DNA of 64,000 nucleotides, from the IMG/VR virus record IMGVR_UViG_3300043172_001414; one strand, given 5' to 3'. Of this stretch, positions 53,250 through 64,000 are shown one piece after another. A program made the position numbers and the translations under genes. This DNA is from a virus (lineage: Duplodnaviria > Heunggongvirae > Uroviricota > Caudoviricetes). The notes beneath the pieces are model-generated. The model was given only the letters and a program-made list of their open reading frames with translations, ran no database searches and was not told where the DNA came from. Positions within the stretch are counted from its first letter, which is position 1. Each line of letters starts with the position of its first letter.

Positions 53250-54206
53250 TTACTTGTTACCTGCAGCGATCTTAGAGACCTCAGCAATAGTAGCAGCATC
53301 ACCTTGAGCACCAAGAGCACTTTTAGCCATTGCAGCAAGTTGTTCATTTGCATTAATAACAGCAGTGTCAGCTTTTGATAGTTGTTGTTGTAGATCAACA
53401 ACTTTTTCTTCGAGAGAAGTAATTGTAGACTCTGCGATTTTAGCATCTGCAGCACCGTTAGCTTTAGACATGTTAGATGCGAACATCGCAGATCTTTCAG
53501 CTTTCTCTTTTCCAGATGTTGCAGCAGCTTCTACTTTAGCTTCAACAGAAGCTTCGATTTTCACGATCTTTTCATTAAGCTCAGCAACTTCAGCTTCCTG
53601 GTTTTCAACAACATCTTCACGAGCTTCCAACTCTTCCTGACGAGCATCTAAAGATTTAGCTTTAGTTCTCAGTGCATCAGTAAGTGCATCTTCAGATTGT
53701 GCTCTTTTTCTTTTCTGATCGTAGTTGTATTCTTCTTCTTCACGAACACGAGAACGCTTAGTAGCAAGATCATATTCTTTAGCAATTTTCATTTTTTCTT
53801 CATAGTAAGCATCAGCGTCATCACGAACTGTTTCAGCTCTATCAGCAGCATCTTGAACCATTTTTTCTTTAATTGCAGCTAAAGCAGCAAGATCATTGGC
53901 GGTAACTTCAATACCGTGAACTTCTTTAAGCTCTGCTTTCTTAGCGTCGATAGCTTCTACGATGTCATCGTATTGGCCTTTGAATCCAGAAATCTGATCT
54001 ACAAGATGCGAAAGAGTTCCGTCGATTGCATTAACATCCATACCGTTAGCTGAAGCAATAGAAGTTGTAATCTGTGCTTCCTTTGCTTTAGCTGTAGTAC
54101 TTACTGGGCCAGATGAGGCAGCTTCCAGCTCAGCTTTCATTTCTTTATAAGCAGCCCAAAGATCGTTCTTTGTAGACCCTGCAAATTTGATATCTTTATT
54201 TGACAT
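53250..54206 (-). CDS. Long coiled-coil protein
   Basis: Ala/Glu/Lys-rich heptads over most of its length. Confidence 0.7.
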   Translation of the reverse strand: MSNKDIKFAGSTKNDLWAAYKEMKAELEAASSGPVSTTAKAKEAQITTSIASANGMDVNAIDGTLSHLVDQISGFKGQYDDIVEAIDAKKAELKEVHGIEVTANDLAALAAIKEKMVQDAADRAETVRDDADAYYEEKMKIAKEYDLATKRSRVREEEEYNYDQKRKRAQSEDALTDALRTKAKSLDARQEELEAREDVVENQEAEVAELNEKIVKIEASVEAKVEAAATSGKEKAERSAMFASNMSKANGAADAKIAESTITSLEEKVVDLQQQLSKADTAVINANEQLAAMAKSALGAQGDAATIAEVSKIAAGNK

Positions 54207-54288
54207 ATATACTCCGTTGTTATAAATTAATAATGTCTAACTAAAGTATAATTAACAGTTAATATCTTGTCAATACTTTTTATGTACT

Positions 54289-54768
54289 TTACATATTATT
54301 ATATACTGTACGTGTGGTTATTTTTAATGCATCTGCAATATCTTGAATATTACAACCATTTGTTATCATCTCTTTTATTTTTTTATGTGTTTCTCTTTTC
54401 CTGAGTGAGTATATAGGCTCACTAGAGTTCACATTTTCTGGATGGTCTTCCAGGAATATTTCTGTAACATATTTACTAACAACTCTTGGAGAGATTCCTA
54501 ATTCATATGCAATTTCCCCAACAGTTAATTTTTCTTCTTTTAATTCTCTAATATCTTTTTTCATGGTATCAGATTTAATAATCACATCAGCCGTTAGTTC
54601 TGGCCTAACAAGAGTTCTTAGTTGGAAGAACGTTAGCTTTATAACGCTTCCTCGAAACCTGATGTGATATTTTCCTTTTGAATCTGGAAGTACCGGAGTT
54701 TTAATTCTATATACAAGTCTTTTGTCTATGTCAATAGTATGATTTGGATACGCTTGAATGCTATACAT
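54289..54768 (-). CDS. Protein with two HTH-like segments
   Basis: LTVGEIAYELGISPRVVSKY; IQDIADALKITTRTVY. Confidence 0.6.
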   Translation of the reverse strand: MYSIQAYPNHTIDIDKRLVYRIKTPVLPDSKGKYHIRFRGSVIKLTFFQLRTLVRPELTADVIIKSDTMKKDIRELKEEKLTVGEIAYELGISPRVVSKYVTEIFLEDHPENVNSSEPIYSLRKRETHKKIKEMITNGCNIQDIADALKITTRTVYNNM

Positions 54769-55064
54769 AATTACTTTTCTGCTAAGGTGTGGTTTGGTAG
54801 TACTGTTCGTACCATTTCTATAAATTCTTCTTCTGATAAAATAATAGTGGCATCTGTAAAGCCTGGATCAACTGTTTGGTCTGATTCGCTTATAGTGATT
54901 CCAACTGCAGCTCTCCTTGGTTGGTAACTTCCAACACACAGTATGTCACCATCACCATTCTTTTTCGAATATATTAAATTGTGTTTTCCCATATTATTTT
55001 ATATGTACTCCTTTAATGTAACTAAAGTAAATGTATTTGATTATATTGTCAATGTAAACTTTAG

Positions 55065-55505
55065 TTGGGCTTTAAAATGTTTTTTAAAAAATTAAAACAA
55101 ACAATAACACAGGCACTAGAATCAAATTCCAATCGCATTAATATTAATGGCCGGAATTATTCTGGAAATTCTGTAACTATTATTGGCAACAAGATTATTA
55201 TTGACGGCAACAAAGTTCCCATTGATGATAAGACCATTAACATTCATATCACAGGATCTATACTGGAACTGCAGGTAGATTCTTGTGAAGAAATACGTGT
55301 AGAGGGTTCAGTTGGCAATTTATCTACTACAAGTGGCGATGTAGACATCAACAATAATGTAATGGGTGACGTGACATCCACCAGTGGCGATATTACCTGT
55401 GACTTCATTGAAGGTAATATAAAAACTACTAGTGGTGACGTTAAGTGTAGTGGTGATATAAAGGGTAGTGTTAGTACCCTAAGTGGAAGCATTAGAAGGA
55501 AATAA
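55065..55505 (+). CDS. Beta-solenoid repeat protein (DUF4097/bactofilin-like)
   Basis: Repeated TTSGDV/STSGDI/TLSGSI units. Confidence 0.75.
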   Translation: MGFKMFFKKLKQTITQALESNSNRININGRNYSGNSVTIIGNKIIIDGNKVPIDDKTINIHITGSILELQVDSCEEIRVEGSVGNLSTTSGDVDINNNVMGDVTSTSGDITCDFIEGNIKTTSGDVKCSGDIKGSVSTLSGSIRRK

Positions 55506-55755
55506 TTTACTTTAGAAATTCTGCCAAATCTAACCATACCAGTTTATCACAAGCTTGACCAATACGTTTGTGTAAACTGGCACTCTCAATATCTTTTATT
55601 ATCTGTGTTTTTTCATGGTCTGATAATAGATGATGATATTTTTTTACTAGCTCACTTATTTCGAATGATATATATGTGCTTCTACCCAATGCGTATCTAA
55701 ACGAACATATCAATAAACTGCAGAGATCTTCAGATGGTATATCTTTTATCATTTT

Positions 55756-56238
55756 TTACCTGTTAAGTTGACCACCGACCAAACGGTCGTAAGCCTCAAT
55801 GTATTTAATTAAGTTGTTAGCAAGCTTTTCTTTGGCTTTTTTATCCCATTTTTCCATTACACGACGAGACACATCCATGTTGTGACGAAGATCTTCAAGC
55901 TTAACTGCACGGGCGATATCGTCTTTTGCTACTTGCTCGATGTAGTCATAGTATGAAACTCCTTCATCGTGAGTTAAAAATCCTACAGCACGAACAACTT
56001 CAAATGGAAACTCATGCAAGTCTCGCAATTCTTTTATAGTAATTGGATGGGCATCGTCTATAGTATCTTCGACAACATCGTGCATGACACCAGACATCAA
56101 GTAAAGACTACCGTAACCCTTCTCTTTTAGCTTATGCATGACGTGTAACGGATGTAAAATGTATGGCTGACCACTCTTGTCCACTTGATTATCGTGGCCC
56201 TTACAGGCTATCTGAATGGCTTTAATAACAGTACTCAT
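55756..56238 (-). CDS. HD-domain hydrolase, RelA/SpoT (Mesh1/SAH)-like
   Basis: AIQIA...H.NQVDKSGQPYILHP..V, MHDVVEDT, VKLEDL.HN. Confidence 0.85.
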   Translation of the reverse strand: MSTVIKAIQIACKGHDNQVDKSGQPYILHPLHVMHKLKEKGYGSLYLMSGVMHDVVEDTIDDAHPITIKELRDLHEFPFEVVRAVGFLTHDEGVSYYDYIEQVAKDDIARAVKLEDLRHNMDVSRRVMEKWDKKAKEKLANNLIKYIEAYDRLVGGQLNR

Positions 56239-56314
56239 ATTAACCTACCTTGTTATAATATAACTAAAGTACATCAATTATATTACTCTGTCAATAATTA
56301 TTTTATTATAAACT

Positions 56315-56704
56315 TTAGAACTCTGTAGTGGTATCCGGTTTAAATTCCATTGTTGGAACCGTAGGAGACCACAAAGGTAATCTTTTAATCTCATCGTTCC
56401 ACTTAATTCTCGGACAAAATGCCACTGCAACTAGCATCCCATCAAGATTAGATTCTGTGATAGAAACCCATTTACCTTGTTTTCTACACTGCTCTATTTG
56501 AGTGTGGGTAGCTTTACAAACAACTTTACGAAAGCTCTGCTCATGCCAACAACTCATTCCCACATCCCCTTGAAACTCAGTGAAACACTTTAAGCTTGCA
56601 TGTGCAGCTGATACCGGAACAAAGTTATCTGGAACATCGTCTGGTATTAATATATACATCTTCATTTTTTGTACCTCTTTAACAACTCGTATCGAGTCTT
56701 CCAA
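56315..56704 (-). CDS. Peptidyl-tRNA hydrolase, PTH2-like
   Basis: KMYILI...SAAHASL...W..QSFRKVVCK...AVAFCPR. Confidence 0.75.
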   Translation of the reverse strand: MEDSIRVVKEVQKMKMYILIPDDVPDNFVPVSAAHASLKCFTEFQGDVGMSCWHEQSFRKVVCKATHTQIEQCRKQGKWVSITESNLDGMLVAVAFCPRIKWNDEIKRLPLWSPTVPTMEFKPDTTTEF

Positions 56705-58813
56705 TAATTCTTTTCAGCCACCACAGCTCGCAATTTTATCTCTGGTGAGATAACGATATCTACGGGGCCTTTAAAGTCTGACTTAGACATTTTTTTCATT
56801 TTTAATTTCCCATGCTTGATTAGGATCTATGAAAGTAATAGTCCTGCAATGAATCAATACTAGTGGATCTTTATCTGGATTTGTATAATCACATTCAGGC
56901 AAAATTACTTTAGTTACATTTAATTTGTCAATACCATCACACTCAACTTCAAATAAATATGGGACATGATTACCATAAGGGACTTCTTTACCTTCATGGT
57001 TAAACCATTTGAATGATACCTCACTCAAATGCTTAACCACAACAAATTTATTGATAACGGCTCCCATATTATTTATGTTAGGGGTGTAGTATGATTTCAT
57101 AACTTTATCCTGGGTTGTTATAAGGAGCCTCCTTTTACCAATCACTTCTTTAATACATTCTCTAGGTTCATTCCAGTCCCGAACATAATTAATATTAAGA
57201 ACAATGGAAAACCATAAAAGATCCAAGCTAAAGCATATGCAGTTAGTATTAAACCAGAAGTAATCACTTGTATAGCCAATGCTCTTTTAGCACGTCTAGT
57301 ACGGCTATTATCGTTAATTCTATCTACCATACTACATGACCTCCATGAACACCGAACTCCCCGACTACTCTAAACCCGTGGTCACTGAGAAATTTATCCA
57401 ACTGATTTTTCCTAAAAACTAAATTAGTACCGTCCAGGATATCTACATCCTCTAGGAATATAAAGTGATCCATTTCTTCAGGACTTTCACTGAAAAAATT
57501 CCCAGACTTGCGATATTCGAAACCAGTATCTTCAAACAATTCCCCAAACTCATCACTATCTTCGTCTTCCATTAAATCTTGATACTCTATCTCGTATCCT
57601 ACACCATAAACTGCTTCGTAATCAATTCCCATATATACTCCTTGTTAACCGTTTATTAACTAAAGTACATACAATATATTAATTTGTCAATATTTTAATG
57701 ACAATAAATACTTTAGTTGTTATTATAGCATTAGGAGAATATATGTCATGTGTACCAAGAAAAGGCCAAGTGTGGCTAGTAGATCGTATTATAGGTAGAA
57801 ACCGTTTTAGCCAAAAGGTCAAAGTTATTCGTGACCCAGATCTAAAATTTGTACATGATAATGGAACCGTTGATATGTTCGAAAATGTTATATGTGAAAT
57901 TGCTGACGGTGAGAGTAAAGGCAAAACATATTTTGTCAGGATTACTAGCTTTATTGATCCTGCTTAATCTTAATTTTATTCCGGTACTCATCCATGCCAA
58001 TTTTTCGTAATTCGCTATAATCATTCGATGCTATAGCTAAGAGAATCATAATAAAATATTGCATCCAACATAAGAAACCTACAAAATCTTTATTGAAATC
58101 AAAGTAGATCATGAATGGCACTGTAAGTATAAGATGAGCTGGAAATACTATACACAATACACGAAACATATCACTGTACCAAAACCATATGAACCATCGT
58201 TCAAAGAAGCCTACTTTCATCAAGAACCCTATTTAAAAGTTAATATTTTTAGTTTCTTAAAATTGGCGAGAGATTTCTCTACAGCTTTTTTATGAAGATC
58301 AAAAGATTGGTCTTCATAATATTCGTACCGATGTAGCTCGGCTTCTAAGAACCGAATCATATGACTTATTTCTTCTTTGCTCATTTATGTTTCCTTGATA
58401 ATCTGAAACTTATAATTAGACCTATTATAATCATAGGAATATGTATATGCCAAGTTGCTGTTATCTGAGTACAAATAACACTTATCGAAAGAGATATCGC
58501 TATTAATACTTTAGTTAATAGCGATACTTTCGTATTAAATACTAGTATGATGAATAATAAACCATAAATCACCACACATTCCCAATAAAAATCTTCCATT
58601 AAAAATCAATCGGCTCAAGGTAATAGAAATAAATATCACCACAGTCTACACCTTCGACCTCACAACTTAACCACTGATATGTAATATCATCTTTAGTAGC
58701 TGTTTCAGCTTCTTCATCGACTGTATAACCTTGTTCTTCGAAATAATTCCCAGGCAACTGTGAACATCTATCTACTGCATGTATAACCATTCTATCCTAC
58801 TTTAGTTTAATGA

Positions 58814-58913
58814 TGAGCCTGGTGGGGTTCTAACCCACGACAAGGATTCCTCTAACGGTGTTGATCACAACTAGCCTTATCTACATCAACCCTCGGCCAA
58901 CGCCTTCACACTC
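58814..58913 (-). ncRNA. Degenerate tRNA-shaped RNA E5, paralog of E2
   Basis: Shares 3' end CCAGGCTCATCA with E2; T arm GTGGG-TTAGAAC-CCCAC; 5' end lies a few nt below the promoter at 58917-58949. Confidence 0.55.
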
Positions 58914-59397
58914 AGTAACTAAAGTACATCAATTATAGTAATCTGTCAACTAATTTTCCATGGTTCTTCTGGGTCTACGTAAGTTATACACATATCTACA
59001 AATTGTATATGATTAAATAACTCCCATTCTAATATAGCTATGTAGTCGTCTATATTTTCAATAACTTCAAAATTAAATACATGACCTGAACATGGAATAT
59101 GTATTATAAATTTCAATTTCATCAAATCTGATCGCATATAATTAATAGTCTTCATGAATTCATCATAACAGCTAAATGTTCGACAGTACATACTAGGAGA
59201 TAATAACTCTTCTCGTATTTTATCCTTCAACTCCATATATTCTTTATGTCTATACCATGCCATTATAGGCTTAACTGATCTATCTAATTTTTTAATATCC
59301 ATACAACTAAAGTACATATATTTTATTAATCTGTCTATAAAAACTATTGACAACAGTACATATTTAAAATATACTTTAGTTAAATAAAGGAGTAACG

Positions 59398-60207
59398 ATG
59401 ATAATCGGTCAGGAAAAGTTAAACAACGAAGTAAGTAGAATCTTTGACATATTCAAGAGCAGTAAGGGTGTTATCAGACCACATTATATATTGGCTGGGC
59501 CAAGTGGGTCAGGTAAAACTTACATCACTAAAGAACTATGTGCAAGTAAACGTATCCCGTATGTGGATATCAATGCAGCTCAGATCACTAAAGAGGGGAC
59601 ATCTGGTAACAGCTTATCGAAAGCTTTAAGTCCTGTTAGTAAGATGGGTGGCAATCCTGCAGTAGTGTTCGTAGATGAATGGGACAAGCTTTACATATCA
59701 GGTAATAATAATGACTCTTCAGCTAATGAAGTTACAATCGGAGTTCAGAACGAGTTCCTTAAAGTATTGGAGTCACCAACAACTCAAGTATTTGCAGACT
59801 ATGGAAAATACCAGGAAGTAGATATCAGCAAAACATTATTTGTATTTGCTGGTGCCTTCAATAACGAAGCTGATGTTACCATAGATAAGCTACGTAAGTA
59901 TGGGGTTAAGACAGAATTCCTCGGTCGTGTTGGTTTGATCTATAATACTGTTACATTGTCTCTTGAAGATTTGTACGCAATTCTTCACCATTCAGAACTA
60001 CTTAAACACTATCTAGAGTTGTTTGATGACGTGAAGAAACCTAAAGTTGTAGGGAAGATCAAACAGTTCTTGGAAATCAACTATAAACATAATACAGTTG
60101 GAGCCAGGACTATCAATACACTCATTCACCAATATTTTATTAAGGGTGGAAAGATTGGGTTTGAAGATGTTAAAGATATTACGTTTCAGGACAAGCTTGA
60201 GTTCTAA
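59398..60207 (+). CDS. ClpX/HslU-clade AAA+ ATPase lacking the N-terminal Zn domain
   Basis: GPSGSGKT, VFVDEWDK, GVQNEFLK, LFVFAGAF, EFLGR, VGARTI. Confidence 0.8.
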   Translation: MIIGQEKLNNEVSRIFDIFKSSKGVIRPHYILAGPSGSGKTYITKELCASKRIPYVDINAAQITKEGTSGNSLSKALSPVSKMGGNPAVVFVDEWDKLYISGNNNDSSANEVTIGVQNEFLKVLESPTTQVFADYGKYQEVDISKTLFVFAGAFNNEADVTIDKLRKYGVKTEFLGRVGLIYNTVTLSLEDLYAILHHSELLKHYLELFDDVKKPKVVGKIKQFLEINYKHNTVGARTINTLIHQYFIKGGKIGFEDVKDITFQDKLEF

Positions 60208-60559
60208 TGTTTGAATGGTATCGTAAGTACAAGAAAGATAAAGTACAGAAGAAGATGATTAAGAGGCTTGACACTTTAGTTGGGCCTCGTCTTCAGGCAC
60301 ACATGGAACTCTATAGTAGAATGTACAGAGGGATGATTAAGGCACGTCTACCTGGTATGATATATCAAGACGATGACCTAAAAATTAGACATATGTGGAC
60401 TCAAAAGAGAGGTCATCTAGACATTTACGATATCTATTATAGAGACTACCCTAAGTTTTCTTATGACCTGCACGAATATTTTGATGATGCATTAATAGAT
60501 ATGTGTAAGATAATAGTTCAATACAAAGAAATGCCCACTGAGCAGTGGGAAGTAAAATA

Positions 60560-60623
60560 AAACGGTGGGTAGACTTGAACTACACAGGTGCACCTATCTC
60601 GCTGCCAATTTGAGATCACCGCC
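60560..60623 (-). ncRNA. Mini tRNA-shaped RNA E6 (64 nt)
   Basis: Acceptor GGCGGTG/CACCGTT; D loop AAATTGGCA; GTAG-TTCAAGT-CTAC; anticodon arm reduced to AGGTGCACCT. Confidence 0.55.
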
Positions 60624-60630
60624 AGTATAA

Positions 60631-60778
60631 GTATCTTACGGTGAGCGATCAGCGTATTTCAGCTGACTCACAAGCAAGGTTATCCCACAGACTGTTTTAA
60701 GGGTCATGTACACTTCCTTCTCATCATATCTGTGGTTCCTACACGTTGCGTTGGCACGGCCAACCCTCCGTAAGATAC
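60631..60778 (-). ncRNA. Unassigned multi-stem RNA
   Basis: 11-bp terminal stem GTATCTTACGG/CCGTAAGATAC; GTTGGC/GCCAAC; CCACAGA/TCTGTGG; TCAGC/GCTGA; starts just below the promoter at 60783-60815. Confidence 0.6.
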
Positions 60779-61998
60779 CTCAAACTAAAGTATAACATTT
60801 ATACGTATTTGTCAATAGTTAGTTTAAAATTATTAACTCTCCTCGAAGTAATCCGGTTTAGCAAACCTGTCTGAGAATGTTATCTCATCCTTTTCATCGA
60901 AGTCTACGTCATACGCATCATCCCAATACTTAAGAAGATCCTCGTCCGCTGGTAGATAAGCTACAATAACATCAAAAGCACCCTCGTCCTCACCGCCAGA
61001 TCCACTGCACCACCAAGGGTACTTAGGATTGAAAACTAGCGGTCTATGATCATCTACAGCGTGTGTATAGAATCTATATCTTTTCCATTTCATTTGATAC
61101 CTTCGTCAAGCGGTTCAATATCTACTGTTATATCATGCATCTCACAATATAACTCATAACACTTGGTATGAACCTGTTCAGCTTCCATTATATTACCTCG
61201 CTCAGTTCCTGGCTTAGGAACCAAAACTACAGGCATATCCTTGTTAGAGTTACAAACATGACATCTAAAATTTGTCATGTTTGGATGATTAAATTGTCTC
61301 ATTTTATTCCTCTTTTAGCAACTAAAGTAGTATAGTGATGGTTATATGTCAATAAATTATTGACAGTGCATACTTTAGTTACTACAATTTAAGTATGAAA
61401 AAAATAATTAAAAAGAATCCGGTTGATACATTACCGCTCGATGCAGAAGAAGTGATTAATCATATTAAAAATGAGCATGCGGAATACGCTGTGTTTAATG
61501 ACGAACGAGATCCACGACGATGCGATCCTGGAATTCTGGTAATAGATAAGTCCCACGACACAATTATTATGGTTGGGGTAAAAGGGTTAAGTACTTACTC
61601 TTCTGAAGATCATACCGATAAGATAGAGTCATATATTAATGACGGATTTTTATACCAGGTAAAGGTTATAGATGTCAGATAGATTAGATTATAAGAAGAT
61701 GTGGGAAGAATTAAAAGAAGAAGTCATATTTAGGAATGATAATGGCTGGGGTGGACAAGAACTTGAAGCTATGATTGAACATGCAGAGAAATATACTTTA
61801 GTTGAAGGCAAATTAGTTATATTAACCAATAGCCAGAGAGACAGTTACGGCCATGAATCATACGGATGTCCTCATTGTAATTATGAACACTGGGAGCGTA
61901 GATGTGTAGATGATCAGTTACAGAAGGATTGCTGTGAGTGTGCAGGATTAATGCTTTTTAAACCACACCCGTTAGCTAAAACAAAATAAGGATAGGAT

Positions 61999-62241
61999 AT
62001 GTACAGAGGCAAACGAATGGACTCTAAGGAGATTGTATACGGAAATCTAGTTAAAATGGAAACTGTAGACAAGCCAGACTATCTGATCATTCCGGCTGAT
62101 AGCAATGTTACTTCAGTTGATAATCACCATCATTGTGACGATGGAAAGAATCCTATCACATTTGACAAGTGGTATACTATTAATCCATTGACTCTTCAGA
62201 AGGAGCAAGGTGGACTTTGGTGGGAATACCTACCGAGTTGA
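61999..62241 (+). CDS. YopX N-terminal-like protein
   Basis: YRGKRMD..E.VYGNLV...INP.TL. Confidence 0.55.
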   Translation: MYRGKRMDSKEIVYGNLVKMETVDKPDYLIIPADSNVTSVDNHHHCDDGKNPITFDKWYTINPLTLQKEQGGLWWEYLPS

Positions 62242-64000
62242 TCAAATATAATGTCTTGACAAACTAAAGTAGTTAGTATATGTTATCTGTATAGTTTATT
62301 TGGATACTGTAATGAAAGATAACACAGATATAATAGAGACTTTTTATAGAATCAGCTGTTGGTTAACATTAATAACAGCTGGACTATTATTGTTCGGAGT
62401 CTTTAATTAGACTTTTTATCAATATTAAACTTGGCATTCTTTCCAGTTGCAGGTTCCAACCCTAATTTAAAGCAGTACAATAATATCATCATCTGCAGTG
62501 CTTGTAGATATGTTATCTGAGATAGCTTGAATACTTCGGGTATCACTTCATTCCAAATAAGCATTACTGGTACACCAAGAACCAACATGTAACACATTTC
62601 TATACCTATATTAATTGTACCTTTCATTTAACTTTCCATCCTTCTAAATTTTTTATATCCCAATCGTCAACAAAGCAATACGTAACATATTGAAACGGTT
62701 CGCTTGCATACACGATATAGTCATCTATATTATCAATTGCTGGATACGGCCATATTCTAAGATACTTTCTGGATTCCGTAAAATCAACCAGGCTATCTAG
62801 ATAATCAACTGTCATTAAGTCGTTCTCGCTCTTCCGCTGCAGTCTCACCATAGTATATTGGACACCTGGCTAGTCTGATACACTTAGTATCTGGTTGTAT
62901 AATCTTGTAATCTGAAGGGCAATAATGCTTTCCATCATTTTCAACATTCGATGTACATACAGGATCTTTTGTGTACAGATCAAAGTCTATAACGACACCC
63001 TGCAGCGTCTCTCCTTTATGTACCCACTCAATGATATTGCCAACCTTTGCAGTGACTTTAACTGGTGTATTATTAGCTATAATAGAATCTACTACTCTGT
63101 CGGCTATCTGATTACGGATAACGTCTCTCAGTATAAGCTTTCCGATACCATATGGAATTGCCACCAGAACTACCTTCTTTAATTCGCTTTTATTCATAGC
63201 TTCTCCTATTACTTTAGTTTTTTATCTACAACTAAAGTAATTTCAATTTCCAGTTTAACCATGCACAATCCACATATATTTGCATCAGGATATGTATCAT
63301 AAATCCAATCGACAAATCCATCAGTGATGTTATACGGGACAAGACAACCTGCTACATTATATGATTGTTTGCATACGCCACAATTTCTCACTTTAAGTTC
63401 CTCCATCCATTTGCCACGCCTATGGCCGCAAACCGCATGAATACAAAACCCTGACTTAAAGGAATTAACAACGCTATAAGGAACTGTACTTTAGTTTTAT
63501 ACTCACGTTCAGATAAAAATATCATTACAAATACAAGATTGATAAATTCAAGTATTGATACCATCACTATAAAACTTACTTCAGAATCTGTCATATATAC
63601 TCCTTTATTAACTAAAGTACATATAATATATTAATCTGTCAATAATTATCTTGGGAAAGGGTTTGATTTCTTGATAGATTTTACCTCACACTGAATAGAG
63701 AGAATCTTGTTGCGAATTTCTGTATGATCTATTGGAATTTGTTTTACCTCTGTGTCTACAACAAATTCCATAAGGTCGTATAGTTTGCTCTCTAGTCTGT
63801 TGTACATACGTCCATTACAGTTTGAGTTAACTTTTCTAAAATATTTAAAATTTCACCAATAGTGTTATGATTTGATTTCAGTGATTCAGTCATAACCTCA
63901 TCGACTTCAACTGATGATGCTACAACTTCAACTGTCATATCCATTCGTTCTTCTAATAGGCTAACATCAACAATTAGATTTCCTACGATGAACACTAATA

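Noticed and set aside
56783-59353. Paralogy of 56783..57226 and 58946..59353 from similar C-termini
   Set aside because: Similarity is limited to a short IT(F/Y)(I/V)DP...W motif; too weak without an alignment
60631-60778. Hammerhead ribozyme suggested by TGATGAG and GAAA
   Set aside because: The core nucleotides are not arranged around the stems as the hammerhead consensus requires

Overview
AT-rich 64 kb segment of what is most likely a large lytic bacteriophage. Supporting evidence: dense small ORFs, Shine-Dalgarno sites, sigma70-type and T4-type late (TATAAATA) promoters, tRNAs plus tmRNA, and no bacterial core operons. No virion structural genes or integrase are recognisable here. Genes are mostly on + up to ~30.5 kb and mostly on - after that, in standard genetic code. 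The window is an accessory region. It carries NAD+ salvage (Nudix half of a probable NMNAT-Nudix, NAMPT), dUTPase, NAD-dependent ligase, a CoaD-CoaE fusion, MoxR/vWA, a Ter cluster with a Ca2+/cation exchanger, a K+ channel, and a large RNA-repair/translation-protection kit (Ro60/TROVE, RtcB, Tpt1/KptA, Pnkp-like phosphatase, RlmN-like radical SAM, PTH2, HD hydrolase, tmRNA, five canonical-fold tRNAs plus tRNA-Ser). The most striking signals are non-coding. (1) Seven tandem Y-RNA-like units with their own promoter lie directly behind the Ro60 gene. (2) Two circularly permuted tRNA-like RNAs follow an uncharacterised conserved gene. (3) Six dispersed tRNA-shaped RNAs have acceptor, D and T arms but no anticodon arm. 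(4) The 10-mer TACTTTAGTT occurs at least 55 times (counted by eye) in both promoters and codons. All protein calls come from motif recognition by eye; no database search was run.
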